Assembly (NCBI RefSeq): GCF_006345805.1
Contig: NC_042997.1
Coordinates: 66,650,001-66,714,000, forward strand
Length of the DNA stretch: 64,000 nt
Direction of reading: 5' to 3'
DNA from: Octopus sinensis
Lineage: Eukaryota
Shown piece after piece: positions 41,078 to 52,943 of the stretch. The notes beneath the pieces are model-generated. The model saw only the letters and a program-made list of their open reading frames with translations, was not told where the DNA came from and did not search any database. The number at the start of each line of letters is the position of its first letter. The first letter of the stretch is position 1. The position numbers were made by a program, and so were the translations under genes.

Positions 41078-42003
41078 GACCACTGGCATATTAGACGCAC
41101 CCTCATTTCAGCAGGTCAAATTCAGGAAGTTTTAAGTGTATTTAAGCATATATTGTTGAAAGCAGTCTAGCAGCACATTACAAAAGCAGAAAACATTGCT
41201 GTATAAAAGCAAGCATACAAAAGGAAAGCATACAAATTACAAATTATTGTAATTTGTATCATCTTTTTAACTCTCATCAAGCACCCACGTTTTTATATCA
41301 TCCTCAAGTTCTGGCCAATGTGGGGCTGGGTAACGAAGGTTATGTTTACCTTTATGTGCTCTCATCAGCTGCTCTTCTTGCTGTCGCCAGACACGTATCA
41401 TTTTTTCTGTAGGTGGTGGCCCAAAAACCCTTGCTGCTGCTCTATTTCCATGCTCCTTGGCATAATCTACCACTCGTAGTTTGTAGGAGATTTTGTAGCT
41501 TGATTTTTTGCTGCCATAGCCATGAGGGTACTTGTACTGTTGTAGTGTATTTTGTTATGATCATAAACTTTGTTGTACCAAGATATCCAACCTACCTCCG
41601 TATATACACGAACTCGCAACGATCATGTGCATTCCGTAGTTTTACTCCTCACCGTCAGATGGCATCGAGTTAGGGTTCCGATCAGCTGATATTAGTAAAC
41701 GTGTGTCATGGATCGCAGCCTAACAATTTACGGTAGATTGCTTTGATTTTTACGATAATTCGTATTTTAAAGTAATAATACTGGTAATAATAATAATAAT
41801 AGCAATAAAATAATGATGCATGAGTACGGAAAATATCATTAAGGCGTTAGCATAGGTAGAAATACTTATCGTAAGCTAGGTTAGTGAGCATCTGGGAGAA
41901 AATTAGCCTACGGGAGGGTCTTGGCTTCGCATATTAGACGCAGGGCGATTTTTTGAGCCAAATTTTTTGGAAAAAAGTGCGTCCTATATGCCGTCAAATA
42001 CGG
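41078..42003 (-). mobile_element. pogo-family element, internally deleted (Brinker-type/CENP-B-type DNA-binding domain relic)
   Basis: VDYAKEHGNRAAARVFG...EKMIRVWRQQEEQL...WPELEDDIKTWV; degenerate TIR GGCATAT(T/A)(A/G)GACGCAC. Confidence 0.75.
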
Positions 42004-42004
42004 C

Positions 42005-42055
<51 letters not shown>

Positions 42056-42063
42056 GAGAGGTA

Positions 42064-42928
42064 GGGGTGATGGGTAAATTGTTGCCATTTTATATTTTTA
42101 ATTTCACATATGAGCAGTGATTGTTTTTGATTCTGTCAACTACACATTATAGTAGGGTCAGTTGGCCACTGTCTATGAGAAAAACAGCACCAAGACACAT
42201 TTCACTCTGCCAGAAATTTGGAAATGATATGCTGTACTGCTTGGCATTCACACTGGAAGCTCCAATACAAACATTTCAGAGTGTTTGGGTGTCAATCTGA
42301 GGACATGTACTGATAGTGTTAAAAATCAAACATCCAGTCAAAATCATGGTGTTTGGAGTGATCAGAAGTGACAGCAACGTTATGCCTCCATTCATCTTCC
42401 CACATGGCTTCAGACAAAACAAGGATGCCTACATCTAGTGCCTGGAGGAGGTAGTGCTGATCTGGGTCAAAAGGGTGGCTGCTGGGAGACCCTATGTCTA
42501 GCAACAGGACTTTGCACTATGCTACCCAAGCAGGAGAACCCTATCATGCCTGTCAGACAATTTCTGCAACCACATCACTCTTAACATGCGGCTGTCTAAC
42601 TCCCCAGACTTCAACCCTTTTGATTTTTATGTGTGGGGCGCAGTTGAACAAGAGACCAACAAAACTCCTTGTAACACCAAAGATGAACTGAAGGCAAGGA
42701 TTATGGCAGCATTCACCAACTTAAAGAAAGAGACCGTCCAGAAGAGTTGCAGGAGATTCCAAAGTCATCTGGAGGCCGTGGTTGAAGCCAATGGTGATTT
42801 TATTGAATAAATTTACTCTTTAGTATTTCAAGATATTTTAAAGTAATTTTGGTAAATATAACTGTTAAAGTGAGATGTCAGTGTCATTTTCATTTTTGCA
42901 TAATTTAGACGACAGTTTATTCAATGCA
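42064..42928 (+). mobile_element. maT-like element, second copy
   Basis: Aligns by eye to 34952-35797; SNSPDFNPFDFYVWGAVEQETN. Confidence 0.78.
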
Positions 42929-43113
42929 TATATATATATATATTCCATTTCTGTAACATGTCCATACAGGACACTAATCAAACTCTTTCTTAATTTACAT
43001 ACTTTCAGCACTTTTTATTATTTAACACTGCATACCCAACAGACCATGTTTAATTCGAATCATTACCTTCATATTTTTTACATTATTACATTTTCTGTAG
43101 GTCTTACATTGTC

Positions 43114-43184
<71 letters not shown>

Positions 43185-44276
43185 GTGAAAAATAAACCCC
43201 TAATTGTCAACAACAGTAATCATACTTTAAATGCCTTCCAGCACAACTCCTTCAACTTAAGCTGCTATGCTATCACTACGCATACCTGCCAGGTAACAGA
43301 ACTTATTGACAACTTCCAATGAGCCATGTGAATATTTCATGGTTGTTATAGTTACCTGAGTGCAGCTGGTGCACTATCATCATAAATCAATAAGCATTTC
43401 TATTAGTTTTATTTTGTTTTACTTGTACATGTGCTGTTTACTTTATTTTGGTTATTTTGGTTATTTAACATCCAGCGGAGAATAAAACTTCTGGAGAGGA
43501 TGTTACCTACAACACACTCACAAATGATTAAACATCTTGTGGAATTCATGTAGAACTGAGAAAGCCTCTACATGTTGCTCAACCAACTAGAAATAGCAGT
43601 CTCATTTCTTTCAAAACATACCCATCCTACAATTTTAAAAATGCAAAGAACACATTTGATAATGTAGGCCTGGAATGTCTGTGATTAGATGTTTGCACAC
43701 TCAAGGTTGACATGGGCTTAAAAAACATTTCATGCAAACAAATTCACACACCACAATTCAAGAATGATTCGAATATTTAACAAATACCTTTTTCATAAAG
43801 ATAATGTCATTGATCCTAAGTCTGCTCAATCAAGGCTGACTTCAAAAATTGGTTGTTAGTCTCAGATGAATCCTGATTGAACAGATCAATAATCCAGTGT
43901 TTCAGCCACGACTAGTTTCTGTACTTCCTTGTACATTAAGAACTATATTATTTAATGATTTTTTTCTTTTTTGCTTGGCAGGCCATAATGAACCCAGATT
44001 ATGTTACAATAGAAAGTTACATTACTTTTCAGGAGTGCACACAACTAATTTTATTTTAATTTAAGCTACTTGCTATTAAACTGTAACTAAGCAAATTAAA
44101 ATGCATCTACAGACAACCACAAGCACAAATGTGGCTGTGTGGTCAAGAAGTTCATTTTGAAACTACATGGTTTCAGGTTCAGTCCTATCACATGCAGTAC
44201 CTTGGCTAATTGTGTTCCATTACATGCCCAGTCCAACCAAAGTATTGTGAGAAGAAAATGTGAAGAACATTAAACG

Positions 44277-44328
<52 letters not shown>

Positions 44329-44416
44329 GAGAGAGAAAGTTGGCTATGGGTCAGTGATGAATTTAGTGTATAGGTAGGTCTCCACCAAAAGTTGGTCTTC
44401 CGTCCCCTCCTACTTA

Positions 44417-45540
44417 CCATCGTCCTTCAGGCCCTAACAAAGTAATTTAAGACTGGAAGCCCATAAGAACTACTACTATATGCTGATGAACTTACCCTCA
44501 TAACAAAATCTGTAACAGAATTAGAAAAGAAATTCTAGATGTGGAAACAGAACCTGGAATCCAAGAATCTTAAAGTAAACTTAGCAAAGACCAGGGTCCT
44601 AGTAAGTAAGAAATCAGACAGGACCCTTCCAGTAAATGGCCCAACTTGATGCGTAGGAAGGATGTGGGTAGAAATCCCATTTGGTATACCCAGTGCAAGG
44701 TATGGAAACACAAGAGATGCACTGGACTATTAGGAAGATTATCAGAGAAAGTAATGTTTGCATGTAGAAGATGTATGGAAACCATAAAAACCACAGATAC
44801 AAGGGAAACTGATTTCAAAAAAAATGTCCAGGTGGCTCTCTGGAAGTTATAGATAATTTTTGTGACCTAGGTGACCTAATTAACAGTGGATAGGATTGTA
44901 CAGAATCCTATAGGACTGTATTGTTAAAATAAGAATAGGATAGGGAAAGTTCAGAGAGCTTTTACTTCTGTTGGCAACCAAAATTCTCTCTCCAAGTGAA
45001 GGGAAGATTGTATGATACTTGTGTATGAACTGTGATGCTGCATGGTAGTGAGATGTGGGATTTGAATGCAGAGAACATGTAAAGGCTGGGGAAGAATGAA
45101 ACTGGTATGCTTTGCTGGATGTCTGATGTCAGTGTGACAAAGCGCTGGTGTATTGAGAGAGAAGTTGGGCATAAGAAGAAATATATGCAGTGTGCAAGAG
45201 AGAGGCCCAGGAAGACATGGGATGAAGTGCTGAAGGCCGATTTCAAAGTACTGAGCCTTATGAAGATGACATAAGACCAAGATAAGTGGCGCATTGCTGT
45301 ATGCAAGAAGACCTGCCCACCACAACAGAATGGAAATCTGAAAACCAAGGTTCCACATAATAAGCATTGGTGTGGGTGCTGGTGCCACATAAAAAAACAC
45401 TGGTGCTGATGCCACGAAAAAAGCACTGGTGATGGGGCCACAGAACTTGGTGTGGCTCCTAATTTTACCAGTTCCTGTCAAGCCATCCAAACCATACCAG
45501 CATTGAAAGCAGACATTAAATGTTGATGATGATGATGATG
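44417..45540 (+). mobile_element. RTE-clade LINE 3' half with (GAT)n tail
   Basis: LLYADELTL, LKVNLAKT, Cys-rich TQCKVWKHKRC insert, KFRELL.LL, KGRLYDTCV.TVMLHGSE.W; the 3' UTR also occurs as reverse-strand fragments near 26870, 40020, 52490, 59340, 62560. Confidence 0.85.
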
Positions 45541-47832
45541 GGGGAGGGGGCATAAGCATGGCCATGCAGGTAAGAAGTTTGCTTCCCAACAACACAACTT
45601 CAAGTTCAGGCCCACTGCATGGCAAATTGTCTTCTACTATAGCCTTGGACAGACAAAAACCTTGTGAATTGATTTGGTAGAGAGAAACTGAAAGTAGCCT
45701 GTTACATAATCATTTTAACATCCATTTTTCTATGCTTGCATGGGTCAGATGGAGTTTATTGAAGCAGAGTTTATATGGGCAGATGCCCTTCTTGTTGCCA
45801 ACTCTCACCTGTTTCAAAGCAAAGTAATCTTTACCCAACACGCACACACACACACACACAACAGGCTTCTTTCAGTTTCCATCTACCACATTCATTCACA
45901 GGGCTTTGGTTGGCTTGAGGTTATAGAAGACATTTGCCCAAGGTACCGCACAGTGGGACTGAAACTGGAATCATGTGGTTGGGAAGTAAACTTCTTACCA
46001 CACAGCCATATCTGTGCCACCATGTGTGTGTGTGGGGGGGGGGTATGAGTAGGTATATGTATGTATCTATGTGTACATCTCCTTGCTTTGACGTTGATAG
46101 TTGTAATCAAGTGCCATTGTCATGCTAGCAGTGTGCTTTGTGTCCAATCTTGAATGAAAACATGTCAGATCATTGGGAACTATTACCTTACTTGGAATCA
46201 GGTCAGGGTTAGCAACAGGAAAGGCATCCAGTTATTGGAACATTCATCTCCACAAATTCAATCTGACTCCTGTGAGCAGAGAAAAGTGGGTGTTAAAATG
46301 ATGATGATATAGATCACTCTCTCACTGTATCGATTAAACTCTCAGATGTTGTTATACATCACTGATCACAATGCACTTCCAATTCTTTCTTGGTTATGCC
46401 ATTCTTTTCTATCTTGGCCCAAATCATTTAACTGAATCGTTTCTCCATCATCATGGAGGATTTCCAAGTGGTCTTTCTTTGAGCCATTGGATACCGTTTG
46501 GCAACTGCACAGGTCTACATGTTGTCTGTGTAACTTGCATCATGTCTGGTCCAGCAAAATTTATGCTTTTGGTATTCTATAATCATGTTGTTCACTTTGC
46601 CCTGTTCTTGCTTGAATTTTCTCATTTCAGATATAGTCTCACAATGATATTCTTAGCATGTGTGAGTGTATATGTATGTGTGTCTTTATGTCTGTCCTAC
46701 CAACACCACCACTTGACAACTGGTGTTGGTTTCTTTTCCAACCCCTTAACTTAGCAGTTCAGCATAAGACACCCTAGTACAAAAAACAACTACTGGAGTC
46801 AGTTTGGTCATCTAACCCTACAAGGTGGTGCACTAGCATGGCTGCAGGACAGTGACTGAAACAAGTATATATTTTTTTATTTACTAGCAAAATTATTTGA
46901 TTTGAGATATTTTGAAATACAACCTGCTACTTTCTGAAAATTTTATGCTACTCAAAAAAATTTTTCCCTACAAATTTCTTTATAATTGTAATCTATGCCA
47001 TTTGAAAGGTATTTGTATAAACTTTCATTAAAAGACACCCATTTTTCTGACAGTCATGAGGGAAAAAATTGGATCGTGTGAATTTTCTGAAAGTCCTCTC
47101 CCCACCCCCAGTTCGTTTGCACAAATTTTGGTTTTCAGATTCGTTTACAACACATTTTTTGACACCTGTTATACTTCTTTTCTATTTCGGTGGCCAGGTG
47201 TTAAACTAGATATTAATCTTTTTTTCTTTTTAAGCCACATAGAAAAATTGAGATTACGTATCTTAAATAATTTTTTAAAAAAACTTTTCTTAAAGAAACA
47301 CTCAAATCCCAAAAAAAGAAACACTCAACCTCCAACCATCACCTCTGAATGTTTCACTTTTAACTCTTTTGAAATCAGGAAAGTTTTTCCAGAAATGTCA
47401 TTTAACCGTTGTTTCTAGCATGTTGGTTTTTCTGGTGGTGGGCTGATATTTATAACATCTATTTCGGTAGAATTCTATGCATGTGTGAAACATCTGACAA
47501 AAGTGAAACATTCGGAGTTTTTAGCTTTTTGAAAGTGGGGAGGTGATGGGTGGGCTATGTGGGGGAAGGAGCATTGAGTGTTTCTTTAAGAAAAATTAAA
47601 ATTTCTAAAAAATTCCTAGATTCATAATCTCTATATTTTTCTCTGTGGATTAAAAAAAAAATGTGAAAAAAGTTTAAAATTAAGAAATTGGGGATAGGGG
47701 GAATTAAATTTTGAAAACATGAATTTTGTGCAAAATCCAACAATGTGTCCAACTGGCAGAAACTGTTTCTGTTCCCCCGCATCTCTCTCCATGTGCACAA
47801 TGTGAAATAAGGCTCCCTTACATCCTCTCTCA

Positions 47833-48087
47833 GTGGAGGCACATGGCCTAGTGGTTAGAGCAGTAGACTCGCAGTCAAGGGATCATGGGTTCGAATCTCA
47901 GACCAAACGATGTGTGTGTTTATGAGTGAAACACCTCAGCTCCATGCAGCTCTGGCAGAAGGTAATGGCGAATTTCTGCTGACTCTTTTGCCACAACTTT
48001 CTCTTACACTTTCCTCCTGCATCTTGCAGCTCACCTGCGATGGACCGGCGTCCCATCCAGGTGGGGAACCTATGTGCCAAGGAAACC
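47833..48087 (+). mobile_element. tRNA-derived SINE with V-domain-like core, 3'-truncated
   Basis: TGGCCTAGTGGTTAGAGC (A box), GGGTTCGAATC (B box), CTGCGATGGACCGGCGTCCCATCCAGG resembling the V-SINE core. Confidence 0.65.
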
Positions 48088-49670
48088 TCTTTTTCAGTGA
48101 CCAAATCATCACCTCCATCTCGAGTTCAACAGGGGCAACTCACTCAGGCCTGCTCTTGTCACACTGGTCATTGATGACATCACGAAGATGAGCATTGCAC
48201 TGGACCGCAAAGTCTAGTATCTTGATGTTGTTTGTTTGGGGAACCTCCAGACTGGGTTTTTGCCATTGCAAACATGATGGTTGGGGAGCTTGGCCACTGG
48301 GGTCTCCAAGTAAACGGCTCCAAATGTGAGCTCTGGATCCTCAACCACCAGGCTTCTCAACATCAACCAACTATTGACCTTTTTGAAGAGTCCTTCCCTT
48401 TCATTGCAGTCTCTCTCCCATTGGCTTGGTGCTCTCTAGGTGCCCCAATCACTGACCTTGCCTTTAAGTCCATCTTCCAGTCAAAGGTGGCTGTCCTTGA
48501 GCAATTGCTGAAAAATATTGAAGCTATCAAACCCCATCAAGGTTTTTTCATACTTAGGAATTACTTCTTGATCCCTTAAGCTTCTATATTTGCTCAGAGA
48601 CAGCTAATCTTACCGATTCCCATTGTGCCTCCAATGCTCCGACAACCTAATCTTTGAGACTCAAATGCTTAGTCAGGCTGCACTTCCCAAGTGATTTGGA
48701 GGTCTTGGTCTTCGTAAATGTTCGTCCCTCTCTCTCCCCTGCTTCTTTTCTTCCACCTATGCCTGCTCCACACTAGTGAGCAACATCCTCTCCTCTCTAA
48801 CATGGACCAGTTCCAACAGGGAGTTGGATGAAGCTCTCCAACACTGGAGGGAATTAGGCTCGTCTGCTCCTGTGAAAGTGGAGGACTGTCAGAGTCAGAA
48901 AGCTTGGAACAACATAATTTCAAAGGCCATCTTCGACTCCCTCTTCATCCAGTCGGACCAGTTTTCAAGGTGCCACTTACTGTCTGCTAGCACCAAATAC
49001 TCAGGTGATTGGATTGATGTCATCCCTGTGGCTAATGTCGGTGGCCTACTCAGCTTGGACGAACTTCGTGTTCCCTTTGCCTTTAGAGTGGGAGCTGACG
49101 TATGCACGGGTTTGATCTGTTTTTCTGGCAGGCTCCTCGACTCCACAGGCCTCTATGGCCTTTCTTGCCAGCTGAATGCTGGTCACTTCGCATGTCATAT
49201 GGAGTTGAACCTGATACTCAAGAGGAGCTTGACCCAGGCAAACATCCCCTCCATGTTGGAACCATCTGAATTGTCCAGATGTAATGGGAAGAGACTTGAC
49301 AGCCTCACCCTGTGTCCCTGGTCACAAAGCAGATGCCTTGTCTGGGATGTCACAGTTATCGACTCCTTTGCTTCTTACAATCTGGATGCTGTAGTCAGGG
49401 CAAGATCCACAGCTTCTGCAGCTGAGCAGAACCAAATCCTGAAATACGACGATCTGTCAGCCAACTACATTTTCCATCCTGTGGCATTCAAGACGTTTGG
49501 TGGGGTCATATCACTGACTGCGAGATTCCTGTCTTCACTAGCAACTCATCTTGCAGAGGTAACTGGTGAGGCTCATGAGGGTGCTTAGCTGTTCCAGCGT
49601 ATCAGCCTTGCCATCACCTGCAGCAACGCTGTGAGCATGCTGGCGTCTCAATAGCCATTAGAAAGGTTGC
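48088..49670 (+). mobile_element. CRE-clade (restriction-like endonuclease) non-LTR retrotransposon, 5'-truncated and decayed
   Basis: Frameshifted VQQG..LFxLVIDDI, GLQVNGSKCEL, LGAPI, PKLLYLLR, SQKAW, SGDWIDVIP, GLSC..H, LEP..L.R.NGKRLDSLTLCPW....LVWDVT, KY, FHPVAFKTFG, LFQRISLAI..NA: the order seen in CRE/Cnl1-type elements. Confidence 0.78.
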
Positions 49671-50698
49671 CCAGCGCCCCCAACTTTTCAACCTAAGGTG
49701 GTGAATTTCGTTTTTTTTTTTTTCATTTTTTCTCTTTTTTTCTTTTTAATTTTTTCCATTGTGCTCTCTATTTTGTCCAGTTCTCTAGTTTGATTTTGTA
49801 AAACGGTAAACACTGTGAAGGCAATAAAAAATTCCCTATCCTCCTGAATCAAAAACAGAAATCCGAAAAAATTTTTAGAAAAACAAAAACACCAGAAATG
49901 GGTGTTGTACACGCTCTTTACCTTTGCCCATTAACACCTCCCCGCCGGCACAGAACTTTTTTAAAATGTCGAATGTCTCTCCAATAAGCCTCGCATATAA
50001 TTTCTTAGACCTTCCCCCTTACTGGTATGATATTGAGATAAACCGAGGGTAACTTTCTGGTGTCAGTAAAAGTTTCGTACAAGAGTGTGTTGATCTCCAG
50101 TTGGTGCTGAAGTTCTCCTTAACAGCCAATACTATTCTGGTTATATTAATCTGAAGACAGACTAAAAAAATACCTCACTTAAATTATTAAACTACTGTTT
50201 TCCTAAAAGTACATATATGTGCTTGGAAGAAGGAAAGGCTGGGTGCAGCTTTCTTGTTCCTTTTCTATTTACCGCTCTCTTTCGTATACGTTGTCTTTCT
50301 GATTTTGTTTTTTATTATTTCTAACAAGGACGAACTAAATAAGTGAATAAGCGCCAAAGTAAATATCTTAGGACATTAATTTCTTCTCTCACTTTTCAGG
50401 TTCAGATTTCAGCTAGGTCTACTCCTTCAATCATTCTTTCGCAATCGTAACCTAGACTTAACAGAAAAGTGACTTTTCAGAAATACAGAAATAAAGTGAA
50501 TAAGCAAACATTAATATTCATATAAATATATAATTAATTATTCGTTACATTAATCAGTTGTCTAGTTGATTTTGTTATTAAAGGAAGTAAACATTATAAT
50601 TACAATACACGCACATACAAACACGGATGTACATACAAATATACATACAAGTGGAGAGGTGTATGTGCATGCACGTGGAATAATAAAATGGTACGAAC

Positions 50699-50761
50699 CT
50701 GGCTAAAAACGGGAACAATTGAAAGCGACAATAGCAAAGACGTTAGGATTATTGCAGTCAT
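50699..50761 (-). CDS. GLB1: GLB1 exon 1, coding part (signal peptide)
   Basis: gaaATG ACT GCA ATA ATC CTA ACG TCT TTG CTA TTG TCG CTT TCA ATT GTT CCC GTT TTT AGC CAG|gttcgt = MTAIILTSLLLSLSIVPVFSQ. Hydrophobic core, small residues at -3/-1 (V-F-S), phase 0 as required by exon 2, in a non-repetitive CpG-retaining region. The donor is non-consensus at +3/+4. Confidence 0.85.
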
Positions 50762-51010
50762 TTCGGAGGAATATCGAATATCATCAAAAATTTACAAAGG
50801 GACGTAAGTGTTGTAGTTTGGGAAAGCACATAGCAGACTGCAAAACATTCAAATCTGGTAGCAGTCGGGCTAATATAGTTATTTGCTGTTTTTCACTTAT
50901 TCAGAATGAACTGGTTTATGCTCTTATCAATAAATTTTGAGGCAGATAAACAAATATGAGAAAAGTAAACAGAAAACAACTGATGACGGAATAATCATGT
51001 GTTTGACATT
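50762..51010 (-). promoter_or_regulatory. Probable GLB1 5' UTR and proximal promoter
   Basis: Unique sequence directly upstream of the ATG; 50200-50950 retains many CpGs relative to the CpG-depleted introns. TSS not determinable. Confidence 0.5.
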
Positions 51011-51699
51011 CCTGCCCTCTCTCTTCCTTCTTCTATGCGTGCGTGTATATGTGTGTGTATGCATGCATGCATTCATGTATGTATGTCTATCTATCTAGCT
51101 AGCTAGCGTGTATAGTAAAAAAAAAGGAAAAAAAGGTCATTTGCCTGAACATTTGTTAATCAGGTGGGTCCCAAGATCGTCTATATGCCTGCAGGCATTT
51201 GGGAACATTTGATTATTATATTGTTTATGTAAGGTGGCGAGCTAGCAGAACTATTAGCATAGCAGCATTTCGTTCGTCTTTACACTCTGAGTTCAAATTC
51301 CACCGAGGACCACTTTGCCGTTCATCCTTTCCAGATTCGATAAAATTAGTAGCAGTTGAGCACTGGATCGATGTAATCAACTTACCCCATCCCCGAAATT
51401 GCTGGCCTTGTATCAAATATATCTGCACATCGAAGTTGAATATCTTATTTTGTAAGTCTGGTACTTAATCTATCGGTTCTTTTTGTCGAACCGCTAGTAA
51501 CGTAAACAAACCAACAACAACTGTCAAACGGTGGTAGAAGGAACACATTCACGTACATATGTTGAAATATATACTAGTGGATCCCATTGGAAATTTCACA
51601 GAAAGAAAAAGATTAAGAGAAGCTATTTAAGAAAGTCACAATAATATGATTAAAAAATTTTCTTCCCTCTTTCTCTCTACTTCTTCAACAAGATTTTTA

Positions 51700-52097
51700 A
51701 CTCTTTTTTACTTGTTTCAGTCATTTGACTGTGGCCATGCTGGAGCACCGTCTTTAGTCGAGCAAATCGACCCCAAGACTTATTCTTTGTAAGCCTAGTA
51801 CTTATTCTATCGGTCCTTTTGCTGAACCGCTAAGAATCGGGGACATAAGCACACCACCATCGGTTGTCAAGCGATGTTAGGGGGACAAACACAAGACATA
51901 CAAACATATACACACACACATACACATATATACGACAGGCTTCCTTCAGTTTCCGTTTACCAAATCCACTCACAAGGCTTTGGTCGGCCTGAGGCTATTG
52001 TAGAAGACACTTGCCCAATGTGTCACACAGTGGGAATGAACCCAGAACCATGTGGTCGGTAAACAAGTTACTTACCACACAGCCACTCCTGCACCTA
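51700..52097 (-). mobile_element. Young, full-length family A SINE
   Basis: Complete head to tail with many CpGs retained. Confidence 0.85.
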
Positions 52098-52106
52098 ACA
52101 AAATCT

Positions 52107-52235
52107 TAGACGGCTCGATTGGTCTTTCGCCCCTACACCAAGTTCCGATGATCGATTTGCACGTCAGAGGCACTTTGGACTTCCACCAGAGTTTCCTCTG
52201 GCTTAACCCTGACCAGGCGTGGATCGCCATCTTTC
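52107..52235 (-). pseudogene. Dispersed 28S rRNA fragment (~130 bp)
   Basis: Reverse strand GAAAGATGGCGATCCACGCCTGG...AAGCCAGAGGAAACTCTGGTGGA...CTGACGTGCAAATCG...TAGGGGCGAAAGACCAATCGAGCCGTCTA matches the conserved eukaryotic LSU core segment; no other rDNA nearby. Confidence 0.92.
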
Positions 52236-52910
52236 AACATTTCTCTCTTTCTTTTCACTTCTCACTTCCACTAACCACATGAGTGACTGCATAATGCATC
52301 AACAAGCTATCTGCTCCCTCACTCACTCTCACTTTCCGTCTTCCTATCTCTCTCTCTCCACTTCTGCCACCTCCTCTTGAACAAATTAAGGTGTAAAATG
52401 TGAATGAACAGGTAGAAGAATAATATAGATTTAGTTCAATAAAGAAAATACTTTTCCTTATCAACACACCACCACCACCACCACCATCATCATCATCAAC
52501 ATCATTGTTTAACGTCCACTCTCCATGCTAGCATGGGTTGGACGATTTGACTGAGGACTGTAGAACCAGATGGCTGCATCAAGCTCCAATCTGATCTGGC
52601 AGACTTTCTACAGCTGGATGCCCTTCCTAACGCCAACCACTCTGAGAGTGTAGTGGGTCCTTTTACGTGCCACCGGCAAGGGGGCCAATCAGGCGGTACT
52701 GGCAACAGCCACACTCAAGTGGTGTTTTTTATGTGCCACCTGCACTGGTGCCAGTCCAGCGGCACTGGCAACGACCTCGCTCGAATGTTTTTCACGTGCC
52801 ACCGGCATATCATCATCTCTATAGTTTTCAGTAACAAAGCTCATTTCATTTCAGTCCTGCAGTTTACTTTTTCTTGCTATCCCTCTATCTCTATTCTGAC
52901 AATACAAATG

Positions 52911-52943
<33 letters not shown>

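Noticed and set aside
52107-52235. Functional rDNA unit
   Set aside because: Only ~130 bp with no flanking rDNA.
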